Assembly: GCA_001777015.1 (NCBI GenBank)
Contig: MFCV01000044.1
Coordinates: forward strand, 16,786 to 80,785
Origin: Candidatus Daviesbacteria bacterium RIFCSPHIGHO2_02_FULL_36_13
GTDB lineage: Bacteria; Patescibacteriota; Microgenomatia; Daviesbacterales; UBA10151
DNA: 64,000 bases
Direction: 5' to 3'
This document shows, one piece after another, positions 48,432 to 57,477 of the stretch. The notes under the pieces are model-generated. The model saw nothing but the letters and a program-made list of their open reading frames with translations, did not search any database and was not told where the DNA came from. The number at the start of each line of letters is the position of its first letter. The first letter of the stretch is position 1. Both the position numbers and the translations under genes were made by a program.

Positions 48432-50708
48432 TCATATTGCCACAGGCTCAAGTCCCTTAACTTCACCCCTTGGCTTTATTGTAAATTGGTCTGCATGAGA
48501 CAGGGTATCAGAATTGGCAACTGGAAGAGTTATAGTCACAGTTGTTCCATGCCCCACTCCTTCTGAGGAAGCCTTTATTGTTCCATGCATAAGCTCTATT
48601 AAATTTTTGGAAATATATAACCCTAAACCAGTACCTCCGGAAACAGACAAAGCTGTATAAGAATTATCAAGCCTTGAGAATTTATGGAAGAGTTTAGATA
48701 AATCTTCTTTTGAAATTCCTACACCTGTATCTTTTATTGAAATTTCTACAGTTTTACCATCTGTAAAAAAGTCAAAAGTAATTTTTCCTTCCTGTGGGGT
48801 AAATTTTATGGAATTACCCACCAAATTAAGTAATACCTGACGCAGTTTATCCGGATCAGCAAAAACTTTGGGAACAGGTTTCTCCATTACCTCAAACTGA
48901 AATTTTTTATCTGTAGATTTTGAATAATAAACCTCATCAATAATATCACGAACTAAAGATAAAACATCAACAGGTTCAGGTTTAATCTCTATTTTACCTG
49001 ATTCAATCCTACTGATGTTGAGCATATCATTAACTAAATTTATCAGTCTTTGAGTAGAAATAAATACTCTGATTAGATATCTTTTTAGTTTATCTGACAA
49101 CGGCACATCAGACCTATTTAGAGCCATCCAGGCATAAGATCTTATAGCTGTCATAGGAGTACGCAATTCATGAGAGGCAATTGAGACAAAATCATCTTTT
49201 AGTTTATCTAAAACCTTCAGCTTTTCATTAGCATGTTTTAACTCTCTTGTTGCATCCTCTACCTCTTTAGTTAAAGTTATATTAAACTTTTGGATTTCTT
49301 CATATGATTTGGCATTTTGAAAAGCAATTGATGTTTCAAAAGCCATAGTGTTTAAAAAATTTATATCCTGAACGGTGTATGGATCTAGGGAGGTTTTTTC
49401 CCCAATAACTATAATCCCTATTATCTTATTATTTGTAACAAGTGGGATTATTAAAGACAATTCATTTTGATCCATAATAGTAGCCAATTGCCTAAGGCTA
49501 TTTTCCTTAAATCCAAAAACAGGTCCACTAGAAAGTTTCCTAATTTCTTCTAAATCTATAATTTTAGGGCTTTCAGGAAAATAAACAGATGTGAAGCTGT
49601 TAAAAATTTCCTCTATCTGATCTAGAGTTTTATTAAATCCCACAACTTTTTGCAAAAGATATTTATTTTTCCCATGGTCATATAAAAGTATTGCCATTTT
49701 TTTCAATTTAAAGACTTCAACTAATTGATCTATTAGGGTATCTATGAGCCTTTGCAAATCCAAACTTGTTGATAAACGTAAACCTAATTCTCTAACAACT
49801 TTCTGATAATCATACACAGACTGACCTAAAAAGTTTCTCGCTATAATTTTTGAAACTGAAGTAACTTTTTCAAAAATAAGGGTAAGTAGTGAGGATAAAA
49901 TTACAATTATTAACAAAACCCCCATTTTGAACTCCTGGCCTGTAAAAGTCCAATAAGAAATGGCTCCAATTAAAAACATTCCTGAGATAAGAAAGGTTGT
50001 TAGAGAAAATACTAAAACTTCCTGCAAAGCCACCCTTATATCCAAAAGCCTGTGTCTTGCTATAGAATAAGCTGTCATTCCAACAAAAGCTAAAGTAAAA
50101 ACAGCACTTAAGGAAAAGTACCTTGAAGTATGGAAAATAATCGGAATGAGTCCATCTAAAATAGCTGCAGCAATTCCAAAAATAGAAAGACCCAAGAACA
50201 TATACAGAAGCTGAAATTTAGCTTTTCCTGTGGCTTTTTTAAATTTTTTTACCAGATGATATATAGCAATCCCGAGCCCTGACACCGACCAAACCAAGCT
50301 TCCATACCAATAATATGGGCCAACAACAGTTTCAGGGCCTGTTGGAGTTTGATGTACGCTTGCAACAAAAAGATTTGTAAAAAGAATCATATATATTATT
50401 GGTATATTGAGGACTGAATAAATGAGGATCGCCCAACGGTTAGGTTTATCTCCATATGGAAATGCATATCCAAAAAAGAGCATTGCTCCAACCATTACAC
50501 AAACCAAAATATAAATAGCTTTTATCCAAAAAAGGCTATCAAATAAAAAGGGGTAATTATAGGGAATAAAAAGCATAGCCCAAATGCCCATCACAAAAGA
50601 GAGCCAGGCAAAAGAAAGGTTACTTAATGATTTACCATTTTTTCGGATAGGAACTACAGCTAAAATTAAACTGAGAATAGAAGCTGTAGCAATGAACAGA
50701 TTAGTCAC
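48432..50708 (-). CDS. Membrane sensor histidine kinase (multi-TM sensor + GAF-like + HisKA + HATPase_c)
   Basis: H-box SHELRTPMTAI, N-box LVGNSIKFT, and G-boxes DTGVGI and GTGLGLYISKNLIELMHG. N-terminal region has about 7 TM helices. Confidence 0.85.
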   Translation of the reverse strand: MTNLFIATASILSLILAVVPIRKNGKSLSNLSFAWLSFVMGIWAMLFIPYNYPFLFDSLFWIKAIYILVCVMVGAMLFFGYAFPYGDKPNRWAILIYSVLNIPIIYMILFTNLFVASVHQTPTGPETVVGPYYWYGSLVWSVSGLGIAIYHLVKKFKKATGKAKFQLLYMFLGLSIFGIAAAILDGLIPIIFHTSRYFSLSAVFTLAFVGMTAYSIARHRLLDIRVALQEVLVFSLTTFLISGMFLIGAISYWTFTGQEFKMGVLLIIVILSSLLTLIFEKVTSVSKIIARNFLGQSVYDYQKVVRELGLRLSTSLDLQRLIDTLIDQLVEVFKLKKMAILLYDHGKNKYLLQKVVGFNKTLDQIEEIFNSFTSVYFPESPKIIDLEEIRKLSSGPVFGFKENSLRQLATIMDQNELSLIIPLVTNNKIIGIIVIGEKTSLDPYTVQDINFLNTMAFETSIAFQNAKSYEEIQKFNITLTKEVEDATRELKHANEKLKVLDKLKDDFVSIASHELRTPMTAIRSYAWMALNRSDVPLSDKLKRYLIRVFISTQRLINLVNDMLNISRIESGKIEIKPEPVDVLSLVRDIIDEVYYSKSTDKKFQFEVMEKPVPKVFADPDKLRQVLLNLVGNSIKFTPQEGKITFDFFTDGKTVEISIKDTGVGISKEDLSKLFHKFSRLDNSYTALSVSGGTGLGLYISKNLIELMHGTIKASSEGVGHGTTVTITLPVANSDTLSHADQFTIKPRGEVKGLEPVAI

Positions 50709-50737
50709 TCTTTTAATGTACTACAGTTAGGGAGATT

Positions 50738-51580
50738 TTAAAACTTCTTGCCTCGCGTAATTACACCATAAGTACCTTTTGGCCAAACCTTAAATTCATC
50801 CACTACTTCAAAAGTTAAACCGGCTTTTGTATGCATCATATCTAACTCATCAAGTGTGGAATTATGTCCTAAACCAGCTTCAGCAAATTGATCAAATCTC
50901 TTAGTAACAGGAATATTCCTAATAGTATCAGCAATGCCCTTAAATCTACTTGGATGTCTTAGGGCTCTTACAGCATCCCCCATCATTATAAAAGGAACTA
51001 CTTTTTTAAAAGGCACACCAGTGAAAGTACTTAAAAGTAGCTCACCTCCAATGTTTAAAGCTTGGGCAGCCCTATTAATAACATATTCCTGCTCGCCCCT
51101 ACTTAAGTACTGAATAACAAAATTGGCTGTAGCCATTGAAAAGGAATCGCCTGGCAGCTGCCAGGGATCTTGAGTTAAATCCATTTGGCAAAGGGCAACT
51201 CTAGAACGCACATCTCTATGTTCACTTAATCTTTCTTGTGCTCGATCTAAAAAAGCCCTAGTTCCATCAACAGCTACAATGTGGGCTTTAGTTCCCGCCA
51301 GCAACGCCTCTGTTATTCTGCCATCCCCACAGCCCATATCCAAAGCATAAGATGGCTGTCCATCACTAACCCTTGGAATTGACCTTACTGCAACATCCTG
51401 AAATCTTCTCCAAAGATCTTGTGTGGTTGTAGTTCCTAATGTGCGGTGATATGTAGGAACATAGCTAGTCCAAAAAAGAGCACGTTCATCCTTTGGGATA
51501 CCTTCTAGTGTAAGATCATGTATAACAGGCTTCCCTATTCCCCTAGCCTCAAATAAACCTTCAACATTCCCAATAACCAT
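50738..51580 (-). CDS. Class I SAM-dependent methyltransferase
   Basis: Motif I LDMGCGDGRIT followed by an acidic residue. Confidence 0.6.
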   Translation of the reverse strand: MVIGNVEGLFEARGIGKPVIHDLTLEGIPKDERALFWTSYVPTYHRTLGTTTTQDLWRRFQDVAVRSIPRVSDGQPSYALDMGCGDGRITEALLAGTKAHIVAVDGTRAFLDRAQERLSEHRDVRSRVALCQMDLTQDPWQLPGDSFSMATANFVIQYLSRGEQEYVINRAAQALNIGGELLLSTFTGVPFKKVVPFIMMGDAVRALRHPSRFKGIADTIRNIPVTKRFDQFAEAGLGHNSTLDELDMMHTKAGLTFEVVDEFKVWPKGTYGVITRGKKF

Positions 51581-51619
51581 AAAACTGATATTAAGACTTT
51601 ATTTAATGAAATGCAAGTA

Positions 51620-51740
51620 TCACCTGGAGATTTTTTTGGAGTCAGACAGACAAAGGCTTGCTGTTGGCATAGCCAGAAGTCTACCTATTTCTATTTGTTT
51701 TTTGCACTTCTCACACTTTCCATAAGTGCCTTTGCAAATC
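51620..51740 (-). pseudogene. Fragment duplicating the 3' end (C4 zinc-finger) of the dksA/traR-like gene at 52515-52871
   Basis: The minus-strand translation KICKGTYGKCEKCKKQIEIGRLLAMPTASLCL parallels GKCENCGKQIEVGRLMAMPTASLCLSC of the intact gene and includes an identical 26-mer CTCACACTTTCCATAAGTGCCTTTGC. The fragment has an in-frame stop immediately upstream and no start codon. Confidence 0.4.
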
Positions 51741-51857
51741 TTCTAATTGCTCTTTTTCTGTTTGGTTTAGCCTCAGGCAATGGAGGATTAAAATATACTA
51801 TTGAGATCATTTCGGTTTCTTGACATATTGTCATATATATGCTATAATCAATTTACT

Positions 51858-52097
51858 ATGTTGATAAGAACTACTCTTAGAATAAAGGAAGACTTAAAAA
51901 AGAGTGCAGAGCAGAAAGCTTTGCAGGATGATGTGACCTTACAGGAAGTATTTAACCGCGCTCTTGAAGATTATCTTGAAAAAGATGCTAAAAAACAAGC
52001 TAAAAGAATAGTTTTTAAAACTCACGACTTAGGTGTCCCCCTTGATAACTTAACCAGAAAAGATTTTTATCCGGAACCTAAATTGGATGATTATTGA
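51858..52097 (+). CDS. vapB: Ribbon-helix-helix/CopG-like antitoxin (VapB-like)
   Basis: MLIRTTLRIKEDLKKSAEQKALQDDVTLQEVFNRALEDYL has the typical RHH antitoxin N-terminus. Overlaps the PIN gene by 11 bp. A TATAAT lies 8 nt upstream of the ATG. Confidence 0.55.
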   Translation: MLIRTTLRIKEDLKKSAEQKALQDDVTLQEVFNRALEDYLEKDAKKQAKRIVFKTHDLGVPLDNLTRKDFYPEPKLDDY

Positions 52098-52497
52098 TTC
52101 AAATATTTTAGTTTTTTCAATAAATAAACGCTCCCCTAAACACAAAAAAGCTCAAAAATTCTTACAAGAAAATTTGGGTAAATTGCAGGTTGCTCATCAG
52201 AATATTTTTGAAACACTGAGAGTTCTTACTTATCCCAAGTTCCCAAATCCCTTAAAAATAAAGGATGCAATAGAGGCAGTAGAACGTATTTTGAGAGTAT
52301 GCAGCATAGTTTCTCCAAACTGGAAAACAGAAAGCATTGCTCTAGAATTAATTAAAAAATACTCTCTTTCGTCTGATATGGTCTTTGATGCATACCTGGC
52401 GGCTACAGCCCTAAGTAATGATATAGACACTATTGCCACGGATAATGTAAAAGACTTCTCTAAATTTAAAGAAGTCACAATTATCAATCCTTTTTAA
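52087..52497 (+). CDS. vapC: PIN-domain ribonuclease toxin (VapC)
   Basis: MIIDSNILVF (first acidic residue), central acidic residues, and C-terminal ATDNVKDFSKF (PIN TxDxDF-like). Confidence 0.7.
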   Translation: MIIDSNILVFSINKRSPKHKKAQKFLQENLGKLQVAHQNIFETLRVLTYPKFPNPLKIKDAIEAVERILRVCSIVSPNWKTESIALELIKKYSLSSDMVFDAYLAATALSNDIDTIATDNVKDFSKFKEVTIINPF

Positions 52498-52514
52498 AAC
52501 GTTTAATCTAAATA

Positions 52515-52871
52515 TTATTTTTGGGCTTTGGAGCAGGATAAACAGAGACTGGCTGTAGGCATAGCCATCAATCTGCCAACTTCAATTTGCTTGCCGCAAT
52601 TCTCACACTTTCCATAAGTGCCTTTGCCAATTTTTGATAAAGCCAATTGAATATTTTTATTGGCCTTATTTAATTGTTCTCCTAGAGCCATAACCCTGGT
52701 GTGAGCATCAGCAATGTATGAATCAGTGCCTGGTTCTGAGGATTCTGCCAAAACTTCCTCTTTAGCAGGATCTTCTTTTTGTATTTCTTTTATTTCTTTT
52801 TCTACTTCTTTTTTTTGCTTGAGAAGCAAATCTTTAATAGATTTAATTGTTTTTGAAGGAAAATCTAACAT
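52515..52871 (-). CDS. DksA/TraR-family C4-type zinc-finger protein
   Basis: C-terminal CENCGKQIEVGRLMAMPTASLCLSC (CxxC-N17-CxxC) preceded by a coiled-coil region. Confidence 0.6.
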   Translation of the reverse strand: MLDFPSKTIKSIKDLLLKQKKEVEKEIKEIQKEDPAKEEVLAESSEPGTDSYIADAHTRVMALGEQLNKANKNIQLALSKIGKGTYGKCENCGKQIEVGRLMAMPTASLCLSCSKAQK

Positions 52872-53769
52872 TAAGCTTTTTTAACCCTTTCTTCATATTC
52901 CTTAATGTCCAGGAAAATGAGGTTTTCTGATTATACCAATATTTCGAAAACTTAGAAAGGGCATCTTTTCTGACTTCTGAACTGAAAATTAGGCTTTTAA
53001 TATAGTAAAGAGAAGATTTTATATCTGCTTCCAGCCTTCTTTTGGAAATTTTATAAAAAACAAATATTCCAATAATGGTTAGAGCTGTTGAGAATAGGAG
53101 CCCATCATAAGAATCTTTAAAAGGAGCAGTTAAGATATTTATCACTCCAATGTAAATTAAGGAAAAACTTAGTATTTTTCCCCTTTGATGAAAATGGATA
53201 GAGGCAGACCAAAGTTTTAAAAGAGTAAGAGTTAGCAAAAAAGCCTCCAAAAGTTGAATAGGCAATCTCCTACCAACTTCTCCAACCATATCAACAGCAA
53301 AGAATAAATCAGATGGAGCTCCAACATTACACCCTCCTAAAAAACACCCTAGACTAACAAAAATTAAACCAGTAATCAGCCCTATTGAGGCAATATCAGC
53401 ACTCATCCAAAAATCCATCTTCTTTTTTTTGGAAAAGAAGTAGAGACTGGCAAAACCCCCTATTAATGCTCCTACAAAGTTAAATCCTGGAATTTTATTA
53501 AAAAAGAAAATATCCAAAATATTTTCCGAAAATAAATCTAAATTGCTAAAGGCAAAATAAAACCTGGCACCAATTAACCCTCCTAAAAAGGTTAAAATTG
53601 TGAGATCCAAAACCTTTTCTTCATCCAAATCCCAGGCACGGGTGAGCCTCCAAATTAAAAAAACAGAAACAAAAAAACCTAAAGCCATTAAAACTCCAAA
53701 AGAAGAAATTGGAATCTTGCCAATAGTAAAAAGTACAGGAAACATAAACGTAAAGGAAAAGGGTAACAT
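52843..53769 (-). CDS. lgt: Prolipoprotein diacylglyceryl transferase
   Basis: N-terminal SSFGVLMALGFFVSVFL...GGLIGARFYF (Lgt signature G-x-x-x-GAR-x-x-Y) and a polytopic membrane body. Confidence 0.75.
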   Translation of the reverse strand: MLPFSFTFMFPVLFTIGKIPISSFGVLMALGFFVSVFLIWRLTRAWDLDEEKVLDLTILTFLGGLIGARFYFAFSNLDLFSENILDIFFFNKIPGFNFVGALIGGFASLYFFSKKKKMDFWMSADIASIGLITGLIFVSLGCFLGGCNVGAPSDLFFAVDMVGEVGRRLPIQLLEAFLLTLTLLKLWSASIHFHQRGKILSFSLIYIGVINILTAPFKDSYDGLLFSTALTIIGIFVFYKISKRRLEADIKSSLYYIKSLIFSSEVRKDALSKFSKYWYNQKTSFSWTLRNMKKGLKKLNVRFSFKNN

Positions 53770-53812
53770 ATTAGGAAGTTTGAATCAAATTGACAGGGTC
53801 TGTTATACTGGT

Positions 53813-54268
53813 ATGTACATGACAGCAACAGCTCACGCACTGGTTGGTGGAACTATAGCAGCAGCCCTGCCTGGAAATCCCTCTTTAGCAATTACCCTTT
53901 GTGCCATTTCTCACCCAATATTAGACATGATCCCTCACTGGGATTTTGGCATTGGCTGGAAAAAGAAAAACAAGATTCTCTTATTTTTGCAAGCTTTTGG
54001 TGATTTAGCTTTTGGAGTAATTGTGACCTTTCTAATATTTGGAAGAATGGTTGATCCTTTTTATCTTTTTCTTTGTATCCTGATCTCAGAATCCTGGGAT
54101 ATTCTACAAATGCCATACCTTCTTTGGGGCTGGAAGTATCCATTTTCCTTCTTTTATGAGTTTGGACACAATACTAACAGCAGAGCCTCTTTGCCTTGGG
54201 GAATTATTACACAAGTAGCCTCAGTTGGAGGAATAGCCCTAGCCCTCCGAACCCTCCCAGTTCACTAA
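53813..54268 (+). CDS. Hypothetical membrane protein (start taken at the internal ATG 53813, beyond the lgt overlap)
   Basis: Four hydrophobic helices. The longer ORF from 53600 would be antisense to lgt. Confidence 0.4.
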   Translation: MYMTATAHALVGGTIAAALPGNPSLAITLCAISHPILDMIPHWDFGIGWKKKNKILLFLQAFGDLAFGVIVTFLIFGRMVDPFYLFLCILISESWDILQMPYLLWGWKYPFSFFYEFGHNTNSRASLPWGIITQVASVGGIALALRTLPVH

Positions 54269-55149
54269 TCAGAAGATGTTTCTTTTAAGTATTTTTTAAA
54301 TTCTTCTCCTATTTCAGGATGAACTTTGGCTAAATCTACCACTGTTTTCATGTATTCTAATTTATTTCCTGTGTCATAATATTTGCCATTTTCTATAACT
54401 ACTGTATATAAAGGTACTCCTTCTTCCTGCAGCATATTTATAGCATCAACCAGCCAAACTTCATCCCCATCTTTTGGAGCTAATTTTCTTAAAGCTCCAA
54501 AAATCTCAGGAGGTAAAATATAGGCCCCATGAGTAGCTATATCAGAAGGAGCATTGTCAGGATCCGGCTTTTCCACAATCCTTTTTATTTTAAATACATT
54601 CCCTTCCACAGGCTCCAATTCTGCTATACCATATCTTTTTAAATCTTCCTTTTTTTCAATTTTAACTCCAGAAATAACCATTCCCCCATATTTTTCATAA
54701 ACATCTATCATTTGTTTAAGTCTTGGGGGTTCTGCCAAAATAAACTCATCTCCCCAAATTACAGCAAAAGGTTCATCCTCTATGACAGCCTCTCCAGCTA
54801 AAACAGGAGTACCATTACCATAAGGACCTTTTTGTCTGACATAAATAAAATTTGCCATATTGGAGATATGTTCAATTTGTTCTAAGGCTTTGGCTTTATT
54901 GCCATTTTTAAGATTTTGAACTAAATCCTCATTTGGCTCATCAAAATGATCTTCAATTGCCCTTTTGGTACTACCTGTAACTATAATAATATTTTCTATT
55001 CCAGAATTAACTATTTCCTCTACCACATATTGAATAACAGGCTTATCAACAATGGGAAGCATTTCCTTAGGCATGGCCTTGGTTTGTGGTAAAAATCTTG
55101 TTCCAAATCCAGCAGCAGGTATTAAAGCTTTTGTTATTTTCTTAGACAT
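54265..55149 (-). CDS. galU: UTP--glucose-1-phosphate uridylyltransferase (sugar nucleotidyltransferase)
   Basis: N-terminal KALIPAAGFGTRFLPQTKAMPKEMLPIVDKPVIQY is the GalU/nucleotidyltransferase signature. Confidence 0.85.
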   Translation of the reverse strand: MSKKITKALIPAAGFGTRFLPQTKAMPKEMLPIVDKPVIQYVVEEIVNSGIENIIIVTGSTKRAIEDHFDEPNEDLVQNLKNGNKAKALEQIEHISNMANFIYVRQKGPYGNGTPVLAGEAVIEDEPFAVIWGDEFILAEPPRLKQMIDVYEKYGGMVISGVKIEKKEDLKRYGIAELEPVEGNVFKIKRIVEKPDPDNAPSDIATHGAYILPPEIFGALRKLAPKDGDEVWLVDAINMLQEEGVPLYTVVIENGKYYDTGNKLEYMKTVVDLAKVHPEIGEEFKKYLKETSSD

Positions 55150-55179
55150 AATTCTACTTATATTATCACATTCTAAAAT

Positions 55180-55275
55180 GTCATTCTGAGGCGAAGCCGA
55201 AGAATCTCTCGCGAATGCGAGTATTAAGGTATCTAGAATACATCTAGAGATCCTTCGCTAATCACTCAGGATGAC
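55180..55275. promoter_or_regulatory. ~95-nt extended imperfect inverted repeat between the efp stop and the galU start; candidate terminator/attenuator or structured RNA
   Basis: The outer arms GTCATTCTGAGG / CACTCAGGATGAC pair. The inner arms CGAAGAATCTC / GAGATCCTTCG pair. The central palindrome is CTAGAATACATCTAG. Confidence 0.35.
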
Positions 55276-55283
55276 ACTTTGTG

Positions 55284-55847
55284 TCACTTAACCCTCTCCA
55301 CATATTCCCCTGATCTTGTATCAACCTTAATTTTTTCTCCATTTTTCATAAACATAGGCACCTTTACAACTAAACCATTATCTAAAGTAGCTTCCTTAAA
55401 AACATTAGATACAGTATTTCCTCTCTCCCCAGGTCCTGTATCCACTATTTCATAATTTAAGCTTAAAGGAAGCTCCAATCCTAATACTTCCTCATCAGAA
55501 ACAATTAATATTAAGTCCAATCCATCCTTTAAAAATTTTACCTGCTCACCTAAAACAGAACCCTGGACGCTGAATTGTTCAAAGGAAACTGGGTCCATAA
55601 AAGAATAAGTATCGGAATCTTTGTATAAAAATTGGGCCTTTTTCTTTTCAACATCAGCCTCTTCAACTCTGGCTCCAGTGATATAAGATTTTTCGAGAAC
55701 TGCACCAGTCCTTAGATTCCTGCACTTCAGCTTAATATTACCGGAACCTCTTCCGGTCTTCATATGTTCATATGTCACAACTGAAAAAATATCTTTGCCC
55801 TCTTTTATAAAAGCACCATTTCTAAGTTCATTTACATTTCCTGCCAT
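55284..55847 (-). CDS. efp: Elongation factor P
   Basis: 187 aa with the KOW-like N-terminus MAGNVNELRNGAFIKEGKDIFSVVTYEHMKTGRGSGNIKLKCRNL and OB domains. Confidence 0.9.
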   Translation of the reverse strand: MAGNVNELRNGAFIKEGKDIFSVVTYEHMKTGRGSGNIKLKCRNLRTGAVLEKSYITGARVEEADVEKKKAQFLYKDSDTYSFMDPVSFEQFSVQGSVLGEQVKFLKDGLDLILIVSDEEVLGLELPLSLNYEIVDTGPGERGNTVSNVFKEATLDNGLVVKVPMFMKNGEKIKVDTRSGEYVERVK

Positions 55848-55929
55848 AATCTTTGGATTTTACGTTTTTTGTAAAAAAAAGGCAAGCTATGCTTACCATA
55901 AAAGTGCCTAAAAGTGATATAATTTAGCT

Positions 55930-56379
55930 ATGAATGAAGATGAAAGATTGGCAAAATTGAGAGAGGCTTATGAAACAGCTCTGCTAAAACCTGCTCAAGC
56001 CAGATTAGATCAGGCAAATGAGGAATATGCCCTAACCCCAAAACTTAATGATTCTGTTACAGATATGGCCTTTGATGCAAATGGTAGACCCAATCCAAAA
56101 GATGCTGTAAGGATTCAAAAAATGGAAGATGAAAGAGGAAATGTAATTTATTTATCTTACCCAATAGGTCAACCTACAAGAACCTCACTTGAAGATTTGA
56201 GGGCATTATCATTGAGGATTTTGGATCAAAGAACTGCTTTTGAACAATTAGATCCTAAAGTTAGCTCTACATTATCTGAAGCTGATAAAGAGCCATTCAA
56301 AGATCACTTGCAAAATAGAGCTCTTGGAGAAAGATTTGCAGAATTAAAAACCAACTCTCCCCACCCCTCCTCCAAATAA
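55930..56379 (+). CDS. Hypothetical protein
   Basis: 149 aa ORF. A TGaTATAAT promoter-like element lies about 10 nt upstream. Confidence 0.4.
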   Translation: MNEDERLAKLREAYETALLKPAQARLDQANEEYALTPKLNDSVTDMAFDANGRPNPKDAVRIQKMEDERGNVIYLSYPIGQPTRTSLEDLRALSLRILDQRTAFEQLDPKVSSTLSEADKEPFKDHLQNRALGERFAELKTNSPHPSSK

Positions 56380-56428
56380 CTAGGAGGCTAATTGACTTCC
56401 ATCTATTCTGAACCTATAATATCTTTCT

Positions 56429-56917
56429 ATGAGAGACGAAGTTTTAAAAATCTATCAATATATGCCAGCAGCTGTACTCCAACCAGTGGTTGGAAGAAGA
56501 CTGATAATCGCTCGTGGTCAAAACGAGATGGGTCTAAGAGTTGTTGATAATCGGGTTATGAAGTTGCTAGCTGAAGAAGGAAGAGATCAAGATCCTCTAG
56601 CCATATTAAGAGGCCATGGTAATTCTGTGGAACAATTTTTAGGCTTGCATCAACAAACCCGAAGAAGAATAAGAGCTTTTATCCAAAATACTAATTTTTC
56701 TCTTTTGGAAGAAGAACCTACAATAAATAATATTTGGGTCGGAGAAGATGTTGAGCTTTTAAAGCCTGAGGATGTGGGGGAGAAAATTGTTGCCAGAGGA
56801 GTAACTGATAGAGAAATAAGTGGTGGAAGAAGATTTCCAGAAATGATAGTTAGGGCTGCTAATGGACGTCTCTACCCTGCTACAAAAAATGACATTGTCA
56901 TAAACGAACCTGTTTAA
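56429..56917 (+). CDS. Hypothetical protein
   Basis: 162 aa ORF. Confidence 0.4.
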   Translation: MRDEVLKIYQYMPAAVLQPVVGRRLIIARGQNEMGLRVVDNRVMKLLAEEGRDQDPLAILRGHGNSVEQFLGLHQQTRRRIRAFIQNTNFSLLEEEPTINNIWVGEDVELLKPEDVGEKIVARGVTDREISGGRRFPEMIVRAANGRLYPATKNDIVINEPV

Positions 56918-56922
56918 AGAAA

Positions 56923-57468
56923 CTAAACAGCTTTAATTATTTCAACATGAAAGGCTGTCCCAACTGGAGTTACTTTTATATCTAAAGACGGATTATCCAT
57001 TTTATTTTGTTCAAATCCTTCCACTACCTTTGCTTTCAAAACTGCTGTCCCTTCTAGATTTGGGACTGGATTACGCATGTGTTTGCTATCTTTATTTGAA
57101 TCAAAATCTGTTTGTATTGTCCTATTGTATGGCTCTTCAAAATCATATTCAGCAATGACTATCCCATTTTCATCCTGCGAAAACGGTATTCCGAATAAAG
57201 CAGCTACTACTAATCGTTTAGCCTGTTCTTTATTGGGAATCCTGCTCATATTAGCCAGAGGCGCCTCTGGCATACCCCGACTCAATTTATCTATAAAATC
57301 CAGAGAAACTCCTTCGGAAAACGTAAAACCTTCAAGAGGCTGATCCAGCAATACTCTAATTTTTTCCAATTCACCCTGATAACCTAAAGCTATAATTTGA
57401 TTTGTAGCTACTCTGGAAATTAATCCTCTTATGGGATCCTCACTCGCAGCCTCACTCTCATAGTACAT
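56923..57468 (-). CDS. Hypothetical protein
   Basis: 181 aa ORF. Confidence 0.4.
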   Translation of the reverse strand: MYYESEAASEDPIRGLISRVATNQIIALGYQGELEKIRVLLDQPLEGFTFSEGVSLDFIDKLSRGMPEAPLANMSRIPNKEQAKRLVVAALFGIPFSQDENGIVIAEYDFEEPYNRTIQTDFDSNKDSKHMRNPVPNLEGTAVLKAKVVEGFEQNKMDNPSLDIKVTPVGTAFHVEIIKAV

Positions 57469-57477
57469 ATCTTTAAA

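Noticed and set aside
51611-51823. 70-aa plus-strand ORF
   Set aside because: The region is better explained as a minus-strand remnant copy of the dksA/traR 3' end. The plus-strand ORF is its antisense.
53600-53812. Upstream part of the 222-aa plus ORF overlapping lgt
   Set aside because: It is antisense to the lgt coding sequence. An internal ATG at 53813 gives a sensible membrane protein.
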